Positions 1 through 10,008 of a stretch of 64,000 nt of DNA are shown here, piece by piece (positions within the stretch are counted from its first letter, which is position 1; each line of letters starts with the position of its first letter). The stretch comes from a bacterium (GTDB lineage: Bacteria > Chloroflexota > Dormibacteria > Aeolococcales > Aeolococcaceae): NCBI GenBank assembly GCA_021803465.1, contig JAJZLL010000049.1, positions 33,675 to 97,674 of the forward strand, written 5' to 3'. The position numbers were made by a program, and so were the translations under genes. Under the pieces are notes generated by a model, which made no database searches, was not told the DNA's origin, and worked only from the letters and a program-made list of their open reading frames with translations.

Positions 1-552
1 CGCATTGGCGTTGAGAAGCATGAGTCCCATCGGCCGGCCCACAATGGTGCTCCGGCCAACGACAACTGCATTGGCTCCATCAATGCGCACGCCAGCATGT
101 CGGATGAGTTCCATGCATCCTTTGGGAGTGCACGGAGCGACAATGGGGGAACCCCCTGCTGCAAGCATGCCAAGATTCCAGGGATGGAAGCCGTCCGCAT
201 CTTTATTCGGATCTATCGCATGCATGACCGCATCCACTTCGATGTGGGCTGGAAGTGGTGTCTGGACAAGGATGCCATCCACAAGCGCATTGTCATTGAG
301 CTTTCCGATCATGACAAGAAGCTCACCCGTTGTGACTGCATCCGGGAAGCGGTGGACAGTGAGATCCACGCCAATCTCTTCTGCCCTGCGTGTCTTGTTG
401 CGGACATAGACCTCAGATGCAGGATTGCTCCCCACGAGGATCACTGCAAGCGCAGGAGGAGATCCCCGCTTCTCCCTGACTGCTGCAATCGGGCCAGCAA
501 GGGCGTCAAGCGTCTTCCTCCCGAGGACTTTTCCATCCAGAACAGTTGCCAT
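1..552 (-). CDS. folD: Bifunctional methylenetetrahydrofolate dehydrogenase/cyclohydrolase (3' end runs off window)
   Basis: Manual translation from ATG at 552 gives MATVLDGK..., LAVILVGSNPASEVYVRNK, DGILVQTPLP, KDADGFHPWN, PCTPKG and VVVGRSTIVGRP. Not in the ORF track because it is truncated. Confidence 0.95.
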   Translation of the reverse strand, partial: MATVLDGKVLGRKTLDALAGPIAAVREKRGSPPALAVILVGSNPASEVYVRNKTRRAEEIGVDLTVHRFPDAVTTGELLVMIGKLNDNALVDGILVQTPLPAHIEVDAVMHAIDPNKDADGFHPWNLGMLAAGGSPIVAPCTPKGCMELIRHAGVRIDGANAVVVGRSTIVGRPMGLMLLNANA

Positions 553-660
553 GTCGATCCTCCCGATACCTGCCGCATCCCGAGCCTATCACCATCAGCG
601 CAGTTCCTGTCCCGGAACATCTCCTCTGGACACGCTGCGCAATGGGGGTACACTACCCGT

Positions 661-1038
661 ATGGAAAACGATCTTTGCCGGGTTTGCCTCAAGAGGCCGG
701 AGATAGCGGATGAGCGTCATGGACGCTGCGAGTCCTGCGTGAAAGCTCAGCGGATTGCCCTCCGCTTCCGCCTCGGCCCCGATGCCACAGGCCATGGTCT
801 CATCGTGAAGGCAGGCGAGCTCTCGCCACGTGCACTGAAGCAGAAGTGGCACGACACGCTTGCCTCGTTTGCTGGCACACCCACAGTGAAGCCCCACCTT
901 GGACTCCATGAGGTTGAAATCGTCACGACAAAGGACCGCATCGACACCATCAGGATCTCGCAGGACCTCGCAGGGCACCTCGATGATGTTCTTCCCCTTC
1001 TCCGCACTGCCTCAGAGCGGACTGATGGAGCCTGGTAG
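661..1038 (+). CDS. Hypothetical protein with N-terminal CxxC...CxxC (possible Zn ribbon)
   Basis: MENDLCRVC...GRCESC; fills the gap between folD and the dac gene; TACACT -10-like hexamer 8 nt before the ATG. Confidence 0.65.
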   Translation: MENDLCRVCLKRPEIADERHGRCESCVKAQRIALRFRLGPDATGHGLIVKAGELSPRALKQKWHDTLASFAGTPTVKPHLGLHEVEIVTTKDRIDTIRISQDLAGHLDDVLPLLRTASERTDGAW

Positions 1039-1048
1039 CCCGCCCAGA

Positions 1049-2341
1049 CTATCCGTGGAGAAGTTTCCACAAGATAGATGGACGCCCCACATTCCTTGCG
1101 GGCTGAAGAGGCACACTGCCAAGGCGTTCTGTCCCATCCTGCACTGACAGCTCTCCCACAGTGGCTCCTTTCCCTGCAGGCACTGCTTTTGGCATGTCCT
1201 GCAGCCCGACCTTGAGCGAGTCTCCCGCTATGCCCACAAGCATTCGTGAAGTGCTTCCCGTCCGGAGTGGCACTGTCTCCCAGGGCACCTTCGCCTGGGG
1301 ATCCAGCCTGACCATGATGCTGCCAAGGGACACTGTCCGGATTTCCTGGAAGATGCCATCCACTGCTTCCTTCGCAAGGAGAAACGCAGTCCCCAGTTCT
1401 GGCTGCGCAGGATATGCTGCTGCATCGGGCTTTTGTCCTAGAACTGCTCCCACCACTGTTTCCTGCTGCCCATCCACACTCCTTGTTGCAGAGAACATGA
1501 GACAGCCTCCAGCAGCACCCGTCCAGCCTGTCTTCACACCATTCCAGCCAGGAATGACCCCCAGATACTCGTTGAGGTTGGTGAGTGTACCTACGACAGG
1601 AAATGGCGTGGAGACAGTGTCCACAATGGACCTGAATGACGGAAGCGCCATGGCGTGCGTTCCAAGAACCACAAGGTCCGCAGCAGATGAGACTGTATCG
1701 GGACTGTAGCCACTGGGATCTGCGAAGTGGGTATCCTTCATGCCAAGCTTTGCAGCCGTGGCGTTCATGCGCTGCACAAATGCAGCATCTGAGCCAGACA
1801 CCCAGACTCCAAGCGTCAGGGCAAGGTTGTTCGCAGAAGGGAGCATGAGACCAAGAAGCAGCTGGCGCTCCGTGAGATGTTCACCAAGCTGAACTGGCAC
1901 ATTCGATCCGTCCTCACGGACTGTACTCGTGTAGAAGCCCACATCCCTCGATGTCATCACGAGGGTTGGACCTTCTGATGTTGCCGTAAGCGGATGCGCA
2001 GCAAGCACAAGATATGCAGTCATGACCTTCGCTACCGACCCTGTGGGAAACGGCGTGTGCGCATTCACAGCTAGAAGGGTCCGACCGTCACTGAGGGCAA
2101 CATCCTCGCTCCCTGTTGCAGCGGCTGGTATCTGCAGGGGGCTCCCTGGCAGGGTCACAGTGACGGATTGGCGGGAAACTGCATGAATCCGCGGAAGTGG
2201 AGCCGCAAGCTGATTTCCTCCTGCAATCCCAGCAGCTCCTGCAATGACAGCAACGACACCGATGGCCAAACGGGAAAGAAGGTCCCCAGAACGGGCAGCG
2301 CCCATTCCACCTGGGATCTCCTGCTGCCCATCCTCCATCAT
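1049..2341 (-). CDS. D-alanyl-D-alanine carboxypeptidase (peptidase S11)
   Basis: SxxK (GSVAK), SxN (PSANN) and KTG motifs; N-terminal hydrophobic anchor. Confidence 0.9.
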   Translation of the reverse strand: MMEDGQQEIPGGMGAARSGDLLSRLAIGVVAVIAGAAGIAGGNQLAAPLPRIHAVSRQSVTVTLPGSPLQIPAAATGSEDVALSDGRTLLAVNAHTPFPTGSVAKVMTAYLVLAAHPLTATSEGPTLVMTSRDVGFYTSTVREDGSNVPVQLGEHLTERQLLLGLMLPSANNLALTLGVWVSGSDAAFVQRMNATAAKLGMKDTHFADPSGYSPDTVSSAADLVVLGTHAMALPSFRSIVDTVSTPFPVVGTLTNLNEYLGVIPGWNGVKTGWTGAAGGCLMFSATRSVDGQQETVVGAVLGQKPDAAAYPAQPELGTAFLLAKEAVDGIFQEIRTVSLGSIMVRLDPQAKVPWETVPLRTGSTSRMLVGIAGDSLKVGLQDMPKAVPAGKGATVGELSVQDGTERLGSVPLQPARNVGRPSILWKLLHG

Positions 2342-2343
2342 TC

Positions 2344-3372
2344 TCAGGCCCGCTGCTCGAGCGGCTCACCCTTTGAGCTGAAAATGCCAATTCTCTGCTG
2401 GAGTTTCTTCAGGGAATGCTCAGCCTCGATGTACCGGACAGTGCCGGAATATGAGCGCATGACCACACTGTGTGTCCTGGCGCCACCGCCCCAGAACCGG
2501 ACGCCGTCGAGCAGCTCCCCATCCGTTATTCCCGTTGCAGCATAAAAGATGTTCTCCCCAGCACAGAGATCATCGATGGTGTACACCTTGCTGTCATTCA
2601 CACCTTCCCCAGCAGCTATGGGCTCGTCCTCCTCCCGGATCCAGAGCTTCGACTGCATTCCACCACCAATGCACTTCACTGCTGCTGCTGCAAGAACTGC
2701 TTCCGGAGCTCCACCAATACCCATGAGCACATCGATGCCCGTACGGTGCTCCATGGCTGCCATGATGCCTGCAGCAACGTCCCCATCAAGGATGAGCTTC
2801 ACCCGTGCACCCGTGCTTCGGATCTTCCCAAGCAGCTCCTCATGCCGCGGACGGTCAAGCACCACCACGGTAAGATCCTGAACGTCCCGTCCTTCCGCTC
2901 GGGCAATCCGTGCAAGATTCACCTCCACACTGTCAGTGATGTCAATGACATCCCGTGCCCTTGGGCCCACAATGATCTTCTCCATATACGGAATGTGCGT
3001 GTGGAACATCGAGCCCCGTTCCGCAAGGGCGACAGTGCTGAGACCCCCAGGCAGTCCCTGGGCGACAAGCCGAGTCCCGTCAATAGGATCGACTGCAACA
3101 TCGACATGGGGCTCATTTCCGTTCCCAACCTGCTCTCCGATGTAGAGCATTGGCGCCTTGTCCTTCTCCCCCTCGCCGATAACCACAATGCCTTCCATGT
3201 CGACATACTGGAGGCTCTTGCGCATTGCATCCACGGCTGCACCATCCGCCTGCTCTTTCTGGTTCCTTCCCATGAACCGTGCAGCAGCAAGTGCTCCCCC
3301 TTCTGTCACGCGGACAAGCTCGAGGGCTAGGTTTCTGTCAATGGGAACGCCGAGTGTGAATTCCTCGTTCAT
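2344..3372 (-). CDS. glpX: Class II fructose-1,6-bisphosphatase
   Basis: ELVRVTE, VIGEGEKDKAPML, DPIDGT, LDRPRH, DGDV, GGAPE and ATGITDG motifs. Confidence 0.95.
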   Translation of the reverse strand: MNEEFTLGVPIDRNLALELVRVTEGGALAAARFMGRNQKEQADGAAVDAMRKSLQYVDMEGIVVIGEGEKDKAPMLYIGEQVGNGNEPHVDVAVDPIDGTRLVAQGLPGGLSTVALAERGSMFHTHIPYMEKIIVGPRARDVIDITDSVEVNLARIARAEGRDVQDLTVVVLDRPRHEELLGKIRSTGARVKLILDGDVAAGIMAAMEHRTGIDVLMGIGGAPEAVLAAAAVKCIGGGMQSKLWIREEDEPIAAGEGVNDSKVYTIDDLCAGENIFYAATGITDGELLDGVRFWGGGARTHSVVMRSYSGTVRYIEAEHSLKKLQQRIGIFSSKGEPLEQRA

Positions 3373-3502
3373 GGCTACTCCTGTGTCCGCTGCATGCTGT
3401 GCATTGCCGGTAACGGATGCAGTATATACCGGGGGGACAATTCCCCGTAGCGGGCTGCCCTTTTCTCCACGGGCTCAGCTGCGGTTTGCTCCACCAGGAC
3501 TC

Positions 3503-3766
3503 TCATTTTTCACTCTCATCACGCGCATTCTGCGGGGAACGTGTCTTCCAGTAGGGTGTTTCCGTGTGCTCAACTGTCACAGTAAGCCCCTTTTCCCCTC
3601 CAAACGCGAGAGCTGGCAGGAGATGGTTGAGCACCTGCTCCGCAGTCGCCCGGAACACGTTCCCGGCTGAGGAAACCTTGAGCCAACCGTGCTCATCCCG
3701 GTAGTACAGCTCTGTCATGCGTCTTGCAGCCAGCCGTATGCAGTACGTATCGTTCGACATCTTCAT
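3503..3766 (-). CDS. Small hypothetical protein
   Basis: 87-aa ORF MKMSNDTYC... with a GGAG-like RBS, in an otherwise intergenic gap. Confidence 0.5.
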   Translation of the reverse strand: MKMSNDTYCIRLAARRMTELYYRDEHGWLKVSSAGNVFRATAEQVLNHLLPALAFGGEKGLTVTVEHTETPYWKTRSPQNARDESEK

Positions 3767-4015
3767 GTTCCGTCTCCTGGCATCGTTCCTTCCCGGCCTG
3801 GAGCTCCCTCTGCGCTCTTGGGACAATGCTCTGGCCCTCAGCATGATACATGGGCGGAGAAGGCATGTCCTCCGGAAGCATGCGCTCCCACACTGCGTTG
3901 TGCAGTGGCGTTACTGGCTTGCATACCCACTCTGCACGATCCCGCAACACATTGCAGCTTCTCTGGGATAATGACAGTGCATTTGCCACCACACAACCCT
4001 TGCTTAAGGCTCCAC

Positions 4016-5266
4016 ATGATCTTTCTCACAGACTTTCTCCGCGCTGATATCGTTGATATCAATCAGCAGCGTGCAGGAACGGTGAAGGATCTCATTGTCC
4101 GCATGCGCGAACCGTACCCCATTGTCACTGCGTTTGCCATTCGCGGTGGAAAGCACCTGCCACGGACAATCGACTGGGGTGCCGTACGAGCTGGTGAAAA
4201 CAATGAGCTCAGCCTCAATGTGCCAACTACTGCACTCCGCGAGTATCCACGGGCCAGCTCAGAGACGTGGCTCTCAAGGGACATCCTGGACCGGCAGATC
4301 GTCGACACGGATGGACGCCGCGTTGTCAGAGTCAATGATCTCCAGCTCCAGGTGGTCAATGGATCCCTGGTCCTCATCGGTGTCGACATTGGCACGCGCG
4401 GACTGCTCCGGCGTCTTGGCCTTGAGTCAACTGGAAGAAGACTGACTCGCGTGTTCCACCGGAACTTTCCCCACAAGATCATCTCGTGGGACGTTGTCGA
4501 CCCTGTGCGAAGCGACCAGTCATCCGTGAAGCTCCGCATCTCCCACCGCAAGCTTGGGAAGATGCATCCTGCGGACATTGCGGAGATCGTGAGCCAGCTC
4601 GGATCCACGGACCGGGCCGCAATCATCCAGGGCCTCGATGCGGAGACTGCTGCAGAGACGCTTGAGGAGACGAGTGACGAGATCCAGGCACAGATTCTCG
4701 CCACTCTCGACGACGAGCAGACAGCAGACATCCTCGAAGCGATGTCCCCAGATGAGGCAGCAGACTTCCTTGGAGATCTTCCGGAAGACCGGCGCGAAGA
4801 GCTCATCGCAAAGATGGAGCAGGAAGAGGCGGAAGATGTCACGGAACTTCTCACGTACGAGGACAACACTGCAGGCGGCCTCATGACCACAGAGTACGTC
4901 TCCGTTCCAAGCACACTCACTGCCGAGGAGACGATTGCGGAGATCCGTCTCCGTGCCCCAAGTGCAGAATCCATCTACTACGTCTATGTCATCGACGAGA
5001 TGGAACACCTGCTCGGTGTCCTGAGCCTCAGGGACCTCATTGTCGCTGCGCAGGACACGCCGATCACCTCCCTCATGATTGAGCGGGTAGTGGCCGTTCC
5101 AACTGACGCTGAGCCCGAGGATGTTGCAGCTGTCATCGCAAAATACAATCTCCTTGCCATCCCTGTCGTCGATGAGGAGGACCGCATCCAGGGAATCGTG
5201 ACGATCGACGATGCCATGGACACTGTCATGCCTCAGGGCATGCGCAGAAGGGCAAGGCTCTTGTGA
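4016..5266 (+). CDS. MgtE-type cytosolic protein (PRC-barrel-like + MgtE_N + CBS pair), no transmembrane domain
   Basis: DRQIVDTDGRRVVRVND, MHPADIAEI, AGGLMTTEY, YYVYVID and KYNLLAIPVVD; the ORF ends straight after the CBS pair. Confidence 0.9.
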   Translation: MIFLTDFLRADIVDINQQRAGTVKDLIVRMREPYPIVTAFAIRGGKHLPRTIDWGAVRAGENNELSLNVPTTALREYPRASSETWLSRDILDRQIVDTDGRRVVRVNDLQLQVVNGSLVLIGVDIGTRGLLRRLGLESTGRRLTRVFHRNFPHKIISWDVVDPVRSDQSSVKLRISHRKLGKMHPADIAEIVSQLGSTDRAAIIQGLDAETAAETLEETSDEIQAQILATLDDEQTADILEAMSPDEAADFLGDLPEDRREELIAKMEQEEAEDVTELLTYEDNTAGGLMTTEYVSVPSTLTAEETIAEIRLRAPSAESIYYVYVIDEMEHLLGVLSLRDLIVAAQDTPITSLMIERVVAVPTDAEPEDVAAVIAKYNLLAIPVVDEEDRIQGIVTIDDAMDTVMPQGMRRRARLL

Positions 5267-6615
5267 CAGGGCGGAAGGAGGCGGACAGCACTTCCCGGCG
5301 GCCAGCATCTTCCCTTCATCAGAAGGTCGTATCCCTCAGGGACCGTTCTCCCGCCCAGGGAATGGGGCGGAAACGGTTCACTCCAGGTCCAGTGCTCAGG
5401 TTTCTTGCAATTGTTGGACCAGGCATCATCATTGCGAATGCGGGAAACGATGCTGGTGGCGTTTTCACCTACAGCAACATCGGTGCGAAATACGGATATT
5501 CCCTGCTCTGGACATTCATCCCCATCACCATTTCGCTCGTGGTTGTGCAGGAAATGGTGGGACGGCTGGGATGCGTTACGGGAAAGGGACTCATGGATCT
5601 CATCCGTGAGCGCTTCGGTGTCAGGTGGACGCTGCTCGTATCCATAGTCGTCATCGTTGCCAATGGGGGAACGCTCCTTGCGGAATTCGCAGGTGTTGCT
5701 GGAGCCCTCGGTCTTCTCGGCATTCCAAAAACACTGGCCATTCTCAGTGCAGCGCTTCTCATCGCAATCATTGTCATGCGGGGAAACCGCCAGCTCGTGG
5801 AACGCATATTCCTTGCGCTCGGCCTGGCATTCTTCAGCTATTTCATCACTGCGTTTCTTGTACCCACACAATGGAAAACGGTTGGTCACTCCTTCCTTGT
5901 CCCTTCGCTATCCCATCCAGGGGTTGCTGGAGGAGCATTCCTCATTGATGTCATTGCACTCATCGGCACAACAATCACGCCGTACATGCAGCTGTACCTT
6001 CAGTCGTCAATCGTGGACAAGGGTTCATCCAGGGGGGATCTGCCGTATGTGCGCGCGGACATCATCTCCGGAGCAGCGTTCAGCAACATCGTGTCCGTAT
6101 TCATCGTCATCACGACTGCAGCAACGCTCTTCAACCATGGACTCGCAGGGATCGGCATCACGAGCACCAGCTCTGCCGCACGCGCACTGACACCACTTGT
6201 AGGCATCCATGCCCAGCAGCTCTTCGCAGTGGGACTTCTTGGCGCATCCCTCCTTGCTGCAGCAGTGCTCCCGCTGAGCACTGCCTTTGTCGTGTGCGAG
6301 GCGTTTGGCGCCGAACGGAGTGTGCAGCGAAAGTTCAGTGAGGCGCCCCTGTTCTTCATGCTCTTTCTTGGACTCATCATCATCACGGCTGGTGTGATGC
6401 TTGTCCCGCACATCTCCATTACTGGAGTCGCAATTGGCACACAGACACTCGACGGCGTGCTTCTCCCTGTGCTCCTCGTCTTCATCTTCATCCTTGCGAA
6501 TGACCGTGCGCTGCTGGGAAAGTACCGGAACTCCCTCCTGCTCAACATCATCTCCTTCATCACCATCATTGCCCTCATCGGCCTAGATGTCGTGCTCCTG
6601 ATGAACTCCCTGTAG
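5263..6615 (+). CDS. NRAMP-family divalent cation transporter (NRMT/Mg2+-type motif)
   Basis: GPGII..AGNDAGG in place of DPGN, QEM and GTTITPY motifs; many hydrophobic segments; GTGA overlap with the upstream gene. Confidence 0.9.
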   Translation: MTGRKEADSTSRRPASSLHQKVVSLRDRSPAQGMGRKRFTPGPVLRFLAIVGPGIIIANAGNDAGGVFTYSNIGAKYGYSLLWTFIPITISLVVVQEMVGRLGCVTGKGLMDLIRERFGVRWTLLVSIVVIVANGGTLLAEFAGVAGALGLLGIPKTLAILSAALLIAIIVMRGNRQLVERIFLALGLAFFSYFITAFLVPTQWKTVGHSFLVPSLSHPGVAGGAFLIDVIALIGTTITPYMQLYLQSSIVDKGSSRGDLPYVRADIISGAAFSNIVSVFIVITTAATLFNHGLAGIGITSTSSAARALTPLVGIHAQQLFAVGLLGASLLAAAVLPLSTAFVVCEAFGAERSVQRKFSEAPLFFMLFLGLIIITAGVMLVPHISITGVAIGTQTLDGVLLPVLLVFIFILANDRALLGKYRNSLLLNIISFITIIALIGLDVVLLMNSL

Positions 6616-6617
6616 TC

Positions 6618-6651
6618 GCACTCCTGCGACAGACTGCTGTCGCAGGAGTGC
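6618..6651. terminator. Perfect 15-bp inverted repeat with a 4-nt loop, directly after the NRAMP stop
   Basis: GCACTCCTGCGACAG-actg-CTGTCGCAGGAGTGC; no U-tract. Confidence 0.55.
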
Positions 6652-6686
6652 AGCATGCTCCTCCCATACACACGGAGGACATGCAC

Positions 6687-7517
6687 ATGAGCGCCACTGC
6701 TGAGACTGACATCACCGAAAATGCCTTTTCCCGCCTGACAGCAGGCATCCTCAACCTTTGCACCACTGACCGGTGGATGGAGTGGCTGACGATGGTGAAC
6801 CGCTTCCGCTCCTACAGCGCCCGCAACATCCTCCTCATTGCCTCGCAACGCCCTGAGGCGACACGGGTAGCGAGCTACTCCACCTGGAAGCGCCTTGGCC
6901 GTCAGGTGAGGAAGGGGGAGAAGGCGCTGTACATCGTTGCTCCCCTCCGACCCTCCTCCGAGGAAGGGGAAGACACGGTTCCCTTCGGTTTCCGGTACGT
7001 TCCGGTCTTCGACCTCGCTCAGACGGAGGGAGATGACCTTCCGAGTCCGTGTGAAGTTGTTGCAGCCCAAATCGACAGAAGCACCATCGAGGATGCGTGC
7101 CGCATTGCAGCATCTCTCGGCTTTGCCGTCACCTTCCAGGAACTTGGCAGAGACACGCATGGTGTATGCAGGCCCGCAGCGAAAGCGATCGAGATCAATG
7201 CAGGGGATCCTGAGGGACAGCAGCTCAAGTCCCTCATCCATGAAATCTCCCATGCCATGCTCCATGCTTCCTGTCCGGACAGGACGCGTGCGGAAATCGA
7301 GGCGGAGTCCATAGCCTACATTGTCATGAACCATCTTGGCATTGACAGCAGCCAGTACAGCTTCGGCTATGTCGCAACTTGGGGAAAAGGCGGAAACTCA
7401 GCACTTGAGGTGCTCCGCAAGTCTGCCACCACAATCCGGACGACAGCACTATTCCTCTGTGACCAGTTCGACAGGGGCGCTTCCCTGAGGATCGGACGGA
7501 GCGCGACCTGCGCGTGA
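6687..7517 (+). CDS. ArdC-like ssDNA-binding domain + HExxH metallopeptidase-like domain
   Basis: YSARNILLI, SYSTWKRLGRQVRKGEKA, PVFDLAQTEG, LIHEISHAMLH and EIEAES; GGAGG RBS. Confidence 0.85.
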   Translation: MSATAETDITENAFSRLTAGILNLCTTDRWMEWLTMVNRFRSYSARNILLIASQRPEATRVASYSTWKRLGRQVRKGEKALYIVAPLRPSSEEGEDTVPFGFRYVPVFDLAQTEGDDLPSPCEVVAAQIDRSTIEDACRIAASLGFAVTFQELGRDTHGVCRPAAKAIEINAGDPEGQQLKSLIHEISHAMLHASCPDRTRAEIEAESIAYIVMNHLGIDSSQYSFGYVATWGKGGNSALEVLRKSATTIRTTALFLCDQFDRGASLRIGRSATCA

Positions 7518-8378
7518 GCCGTCCCGGAGCTGGTGCACGCCGAAGGCGGAGATAGCGTCGGCAGCACAGAGAAGACCCGCCTCAAGGGCAGCATCGAATG
7601 CCACCGCATGGGCGTCCCCATGCGTGGCAAGCGTTCCAAGGAATCCGCCAGCAAGCGCATCTCCAGCCCCAGTGGGATCGATGACGACATCAACAGGGGC
7701 TGCGGGCTTGCGGAGTGCCCGGTCCCTCGTGATGAGGGCTGCACCCTCTGGACCAAGCTTCACCACCACAGCACGGAGTCGGGGCGCTTCTGCAAGGAAT
7801 GCGCCAGTCCTCTCTTCCCACGCGTCTTCAGGACACTGCAGAAGCGCACTGATCTCATGAATGTTGAGGAACAGGATGTCCGCACGATGGATGACGGAAT
7901 GGACAAGCTCCTGCTCTGATCTGATGAATTCCTCCATGCTGTCAATTCCGATGACAGCGGGACTCTGCACCTGGTCGAGGATCGCGCGCTGCAGATGCGG
8001 ATTCATGCTCCCGATGAAGAGGACATCCGCACTGCGGGCAGCTTCTGAAAGCACAGGCTTCCAGGCAGCATACGCACCGTATTCCGCATGTTCGTCCCTC
8101 GTTCGCCAGATGGAGAAGTCATGGGTCGCATGCCAGCGGTAGGACGGCAGATCGGACACCTCAAGATCTCCAAGATCCACTCTGTGTGAGGAAAGAGTGT
8201 TCCTCACAGAATCCTCTCCGTCCTTTCCCACAATGCCCACGAGATGGACTGGGACAAACCGCGATGCGGCAAGGGAGCAGTACACTGCCGATCCACCCTG
8301 CTGTCCTGTGCGGTGTCCATGTGGTGTGCGTACCTCATCCAGGGCAACAGAGCCGACAACTGTCATGCGCCAGGTCAT
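7449..8378 (-). CDS. PfkB-family carbohydrate kinase
   Basis: VVGSVALD, GGSA, VVKLGPEGA and DPTGAGDALAGGF. Confidence 0.92.
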   Translation of the reverse strand: MTWRMTVVGSVALDEVRTPHGHRTGQQGGSAVYCSLAASRFVPVHLVGIVGKDGEDSVRNTLSSHRVDLGDLEVSDLPSYRWHATHDFSIWRTRDEHAEYGAYAAWKPVLSEAARSADVLFIGSMNPHLQRAILDQVQSPAVIGIDSMEEFIRSEQELVHSVIHRADILFLNIHEISALLQCPEDAWEERTGAFLAEAPRLRAVVVKLGPEGAALITRDRALRKPAAPVDVVIDPTGAGDALAGGFLGTLATHGDAHAVAFDAALEAGLLCAADAISAFGVHQLRDGSRAGRAPSDPQGSAPVELVTEE

Positions 8379-8387
8379 TCCTCTCCC

Positions 8388-8807
8388 CTACCCCAGCACA
8401 GACGGACGGTTCTGGAGAGGAAGCTGGATGATGGTCCCCCGTGTTCCATGTTCCCGCTCCTCAATTGACCGGCTCATGAGTGCCTGCTGCACAAGAAAGA
8501 GGACGTTTCCCACATTCTCCACGCTCCGCTCCCTGCCAAGTGTCGCAAGGAACGTGCGGTCCGTTCTCCAGAGAAACTGTGCAACTGCATCCCACAGCCA
8601 CCGTGGAAGGAGGCTGTGACCACGCACCCTGAACTCCTCCACTACAGCAACAAGATCATCCGACTCGCGGAGTGCACGCCGAGTGCGGCCAATGCGTGAA
8701 CGCCGGAAAAGTGCCTCATGCTCGATTGCCTGCTGCTCAGCTATGGTCGCTGCGAGGTTGTGTTCTGTCACCTGGGATTCTCTGCTCCGTGTCTGGCGGT
8801 GCTGCAC
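8388..8807 (-). CDS. Hypothetical protein
   Basis: ORF packed 9-16 nt from both neighbours on the same strand; start uncertain. Confidence 0.6.
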   Translation of the reverse strand: MQHRQTRSRESQVTEHNLAATIAEQQAIEHEALFRRSRIGRTRRALRESDDLVAVVEEFRVRGHSLLPRWLWDAVAQFLWRTDRTFLATLGRERSVENVGNVLFLVQQALMSRSIEEREHGTRGTIIQLPLQNRPSVLG

Positions 8808-8823
8808 TACTCAGTAGTACACG

Positions 8824-9429
8824 CTACTTCTGGGGAAAATACAAGCACTTCCACATGCCATCTTCAGCAACGACATGCACTGTCTTGCTCATGCGATGGA
8901 CTGTACCCTTGAGCGCAAACGCATACTCCACACGGAGCTCCGCCACATGCTCAAACGCAGCGCCATGAGCTGCATCCTCCCACGACTCAAGAAACTGGCA
9001 TTCACGCACTGCCATCGCAGATACCCTCGTAAGTCCCTGCTGTTCGAGTGACTGGGCGAACTCTCGTGATGAGCTCCATGCTGAGCGGCACTCCTTGGCA
9101 AGAAGAGCAAACGCACGTTCAAACTGCGAGACTTTCAGCAGTTCCATGAACAGGGTTTCCACAAACGCAGGATTGGCATTTGGCCAGGGCTTCCCATCAT
9201 CGGGCTTCGCACGGAGCGCTGTTCTCCACACCCGGTCAAGCGTCGTTGACTGCGCCACACCCTGGACTTCAGTCTCCGACGGTCCATCGAACCGCTCCTC
9301 GACCTGCCATCCAGACTCTGCCGGAACATCAAGCTCCACGCGTTCTCCATCAAACACATCGTCCTCTTCTCCGACAATTGCATGGCGGAGCGAGGAACCC
9401 AGACGTCGAAGCAGCGAATCTGTCGGCAT
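8824..9429 (-). CDS. Hypothetical protein (possible NTF2-like C-terminal domain)
   Basis: 201-aa ORF with GAGG RBS; AFALL..ECR and VHVVAEDGMWK pattern. Confidence 0.65.
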   Translation of the reverse strand: MPTDSLLRRLGSSLRHAIVGEEDDVFDGERVELDVPAESGWQVEERFDGPSETEVQGVAQSTTLDRVWRTALRAKPDDGKPWPNANPAFVETLFMELLKVSQFERAFALLAKECRSAWSSSREFAQSLEQQGLTRVSAMAVRECQFLESWEDAAHGAAFEHVAELRVEYAFALKGTVHRMSKTVHVVAEDGMWKCLYFPQK

Positions 9430-9556
9430 CGATCATCCCCTCATCACACGAAGTTCTGTGGTGTACGGGCCTGCAACCACAGTGCAGGCGTTCATCTCAC
9501 AAGTGTACGATGCTTGGTTCTTCCAATGCACCCCCCAAAATCTGTAGGATGGTTGC

Positions 9557-9940
9557 ATGTCACAGCGACAGGCCCGTGTCCTCTACGTGGAGGACCAAGA
9601 ACTTGATGCAGCTCCAATCATCCACACCCTGACTCCCCTGATGGCGGAGTTCCGCTGGGTAAAAAGTGCGAGGGAGCTTCGGGCAACTGCGCCAGAGTAT
9701 GCCCCGACCCTCCTCATCCTCGATGCTACGCTCGAAACTGACGGTCTCGAGTACTTCCAGGCAATCCGCTTCTCTCCAGAGCATCCGGATCTCGGAGTCA
9801 TTGTCCTCACAGATCCAGGCGACCGCCTGACTCGCGAGCGTGCGCAGCAGCTTGGGGCTGCTGCCGTGCTCTCGAAGCCCTTCACTCCTGAAGAGGTGCT
9901 CGCCACGATAGACCGCCTCATCGAGATAGGCTCGAACTAG
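9557..9940 (+). CDS. Stand-alone response regulator receiver domain
   Basis: VLYVED, LILD (phospho-acceptor), VIVLT and LSKPF. Confidence 0.88.
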   Translation: MSQRQARVLYVEDQELDAAPIIHTLTPLMAEFRWVKSARELRATAPEYAPTLLILDATLETDGLEYFQAIRFSPEHPDLGVIVLTDPGDRLTRERAQQLGAAAVLSKPFTPEEVLATIDRLIEIGSN

Positions 9941-10008
9941 GTCCGTACCTCCCGGGCGGACAATGGGGCATTTTGGGTGTTCAATGTCCGGAACTCTCCG
10001 TACGATGA

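Noticed and set aside
97..660. N-terminal part of the 313-aa ORF 97..1038
   Set aside because: It is antisense to folD; only the part from 661 is plausible.
3767..4015. Possible M-box (ykoK) riboswitch upstream of the MgtE/NRAMP genes
   Set aside because: I could not find the conserved M-box sequence or a terminator by eye; an Rfam scan would settle it.
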